From Malacoraja senta (Eukaryota), in contig JAXLNO010000471.1 of NCBI GenBank assembly GCA_038087875.1, forward strand, positions 1 through 64,000: DNA of 64,000 nucleotides. Reading direction: 5' to 3'. Below are positions 62,438 through 64,000 of this stretch, in pieces (the first letter of the stretch is position 1; every line of letters begins with the position of its first letter). The translations under genes and the position numbers were made by a program. The notes under the pieces were generated by a model. The model saw only the letters and a list, made by a program, of their open reading frames with translations, was not told the DNA's origin and did not search any database.

Positions 62438-63965
62438 TTAGAGTCATAGAGTGATACAGTGTGGAAACAGCCAATTCGCACAACTTGCCCACACCGGCTA
62501 ACATGCCCCAGCTATACTGGTCCTACCTGCCTGCGCTTGGTCCATATCCCTCCAAACCTGTCCTATCCATGTACCTGTCTAACTGTTTCTTAAATGATGG
62601 GATATCCCAGCTTCAACTACCTCCTCTGGCAGCTTGTTCCATACACCCATCACCCTTTGTGTGAAAAAGTTACCCCTCAGATCCCTATTAAATCTTTTCC
62701 CCTTCATCTTGAACCTACTGTATGTCCTCTGGTCCTTGATTCCCCTACTCTGGGCAAGAGATTGTGCATCTACCCGATCTATTCCTCTCATGATTTTGTA
62801 CACCTCTATAAGATCACCCATCATCCTCGTGCGCTCCAAGGAATAGTGACCCAGCCTACTCAACCTCTCCCTATAGCTCACACCCTCTAGTCCTGGCAAC
62901 ATCCTCGTAAATCTTTTCTGAACTCTTTTAAGCTTGACAATATCTTTCCTATAATATGGTGCCCAGAACTGAACACAATATTCTAAATGCGGTCTCACTA
63001 ACGTCTTATACAACTGCAACATGATTTCCCAACTTGTATACTCAATACTCTGACTGATGAAGGCCAAAGTGCCAAACGCCTTTTTGACCACCTTATCTAA
63101 CCGACTCAACCTTCACGGAACCATGCACCTGTACTCCTCGATCCCTCTGCTCTACAACACTACCTAGAGGCCTACCATCTACTGTGTAGGTCCTGCCCTT
63201 GTTAGATGTCCCAAAATGCAACACCTCACACTTCTCTGTATTAAATTCCATCAAACATTCCTCCACCCACCTGGCCAATCGCTGCAATCATCTTCACTAT
63301 CTGCATAACCACTCACTTTTGTATCATCAGCAAACTTGCTAATCTTGCCCTGTAGGTTCTCATCCAAATCATTGATGTAGATGACAAACAGTAACAGGCC
63401 CAGCACCGAACCTTGAGGCACACCACTATTCACAGGCCTGCAACCACTAGTCACAGGAAGCAACCTTCCACCATCACCCACTGCTTCCTTCCATGGAGCC
63501 ATTTGCTATCCATTCAGCTATCTCTCCTTGGATCCCATGTGATCTAACCTTCCAGAGCAGCATACCATGCAGATCCTTGTCGAATGCCTTTTTGAAGTCC
63601 ATGTACATAACATCTACAGCTCTGCCCTCATCAACCTTTTTGGTCACGTCTTCAAAAAGAGCAATCAAATTCGTGAGACACGACCTCCCACGTACAAAAC
63701 CATGCTGGCAATATCAGCTCTTGCCCATCCAAATGCATGTATAACCTATCCCTCAGAATACTCTCTCGTAACTTTCCAACTGCAGATGTTAAGCTCACCG
63801 GCCTATAGTTCCCAGCATTTTCCCGGCAGCCTTTCTTGAAAAGAGGCACAACATTTGCCACCCTCCAGTCTTCTGGCACCTCCTGTATTTAAGGATGATT
63901 CAATTTCAACCACGGCTCCTGCAATTTCCTCTCTAATTTCCCGCAATGTCCTTGGATATATCTTA
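62438..63965 (-). mobile_element. Decayed CR1/HER1 LINE (second subfamily), RT region to 3' tail
   Basis: PEDWRVANVVPLFKKG..NYRPVSLTS, YMDFKKAFDK, GVPQGSVLG..KFADD, RPHLEYCVQFW; several frameshifts. Confidence 0.9.
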
Positions 63966-64000
63966 TCCTGGTGGCCGACTAGGAAAAGGGGAGATGCAGC

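Noticed and set aside
20000..64000. Divergent neighbour gene such as TMEM217 or PIM1 expected from mammalian synteny
   Set aside because: No exon with recognisable similarity was found by eye. Short or diverged exons could have been missed.

Overview
This is eukaryotic, repeat-dominated vertebrate DNA. The repeat complement (HE1-like SINEs, HER1/CR1 LINEs, Penelope-derived repeats) points to a cartilaginous fish, probably a skate or ray; this is inferred, not proven. The one host gene I recognise is the 5' end of a TBC1D22-family Rab-GAP gene, most like TBC1D22B, on the minus strand. It has a CpG-island promoter near 19.6-19.9 kb, coding exon 1 at 19511-19566 (MASENRRQFWKRNSKVPG), a ~15 kb intron 1, exon 2 at 4325-4382 (..VYGAQHPPFDSRPHK..) and a candidate further exon near 473-640. 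Exon 2 carries one base too many to stay in frame. None of these exons appears as such in the supplied ORF track. The rest is mostly transposons: CR1, L1, Rex1/Babar, RTE, L2-type tails, Penelope pieces with hammerhead-ribozyme cores, a decayed CGGBP-like hAT transposase, a non-autonomous Helitron with minisatellites and a promoter-like module, an ISL2EU-like element with two convergent THAP fragments, Harbinger and hAT non-autonomous elements, and several GC-rich non-autonomous retroposon families. Family names and homologies are from my memory of these families; no database search was run. Repeat boundaries are approximate unless a TSD, TIR or splice site is quoted. No CRISPR, rRNA or true tRNA gene was found.
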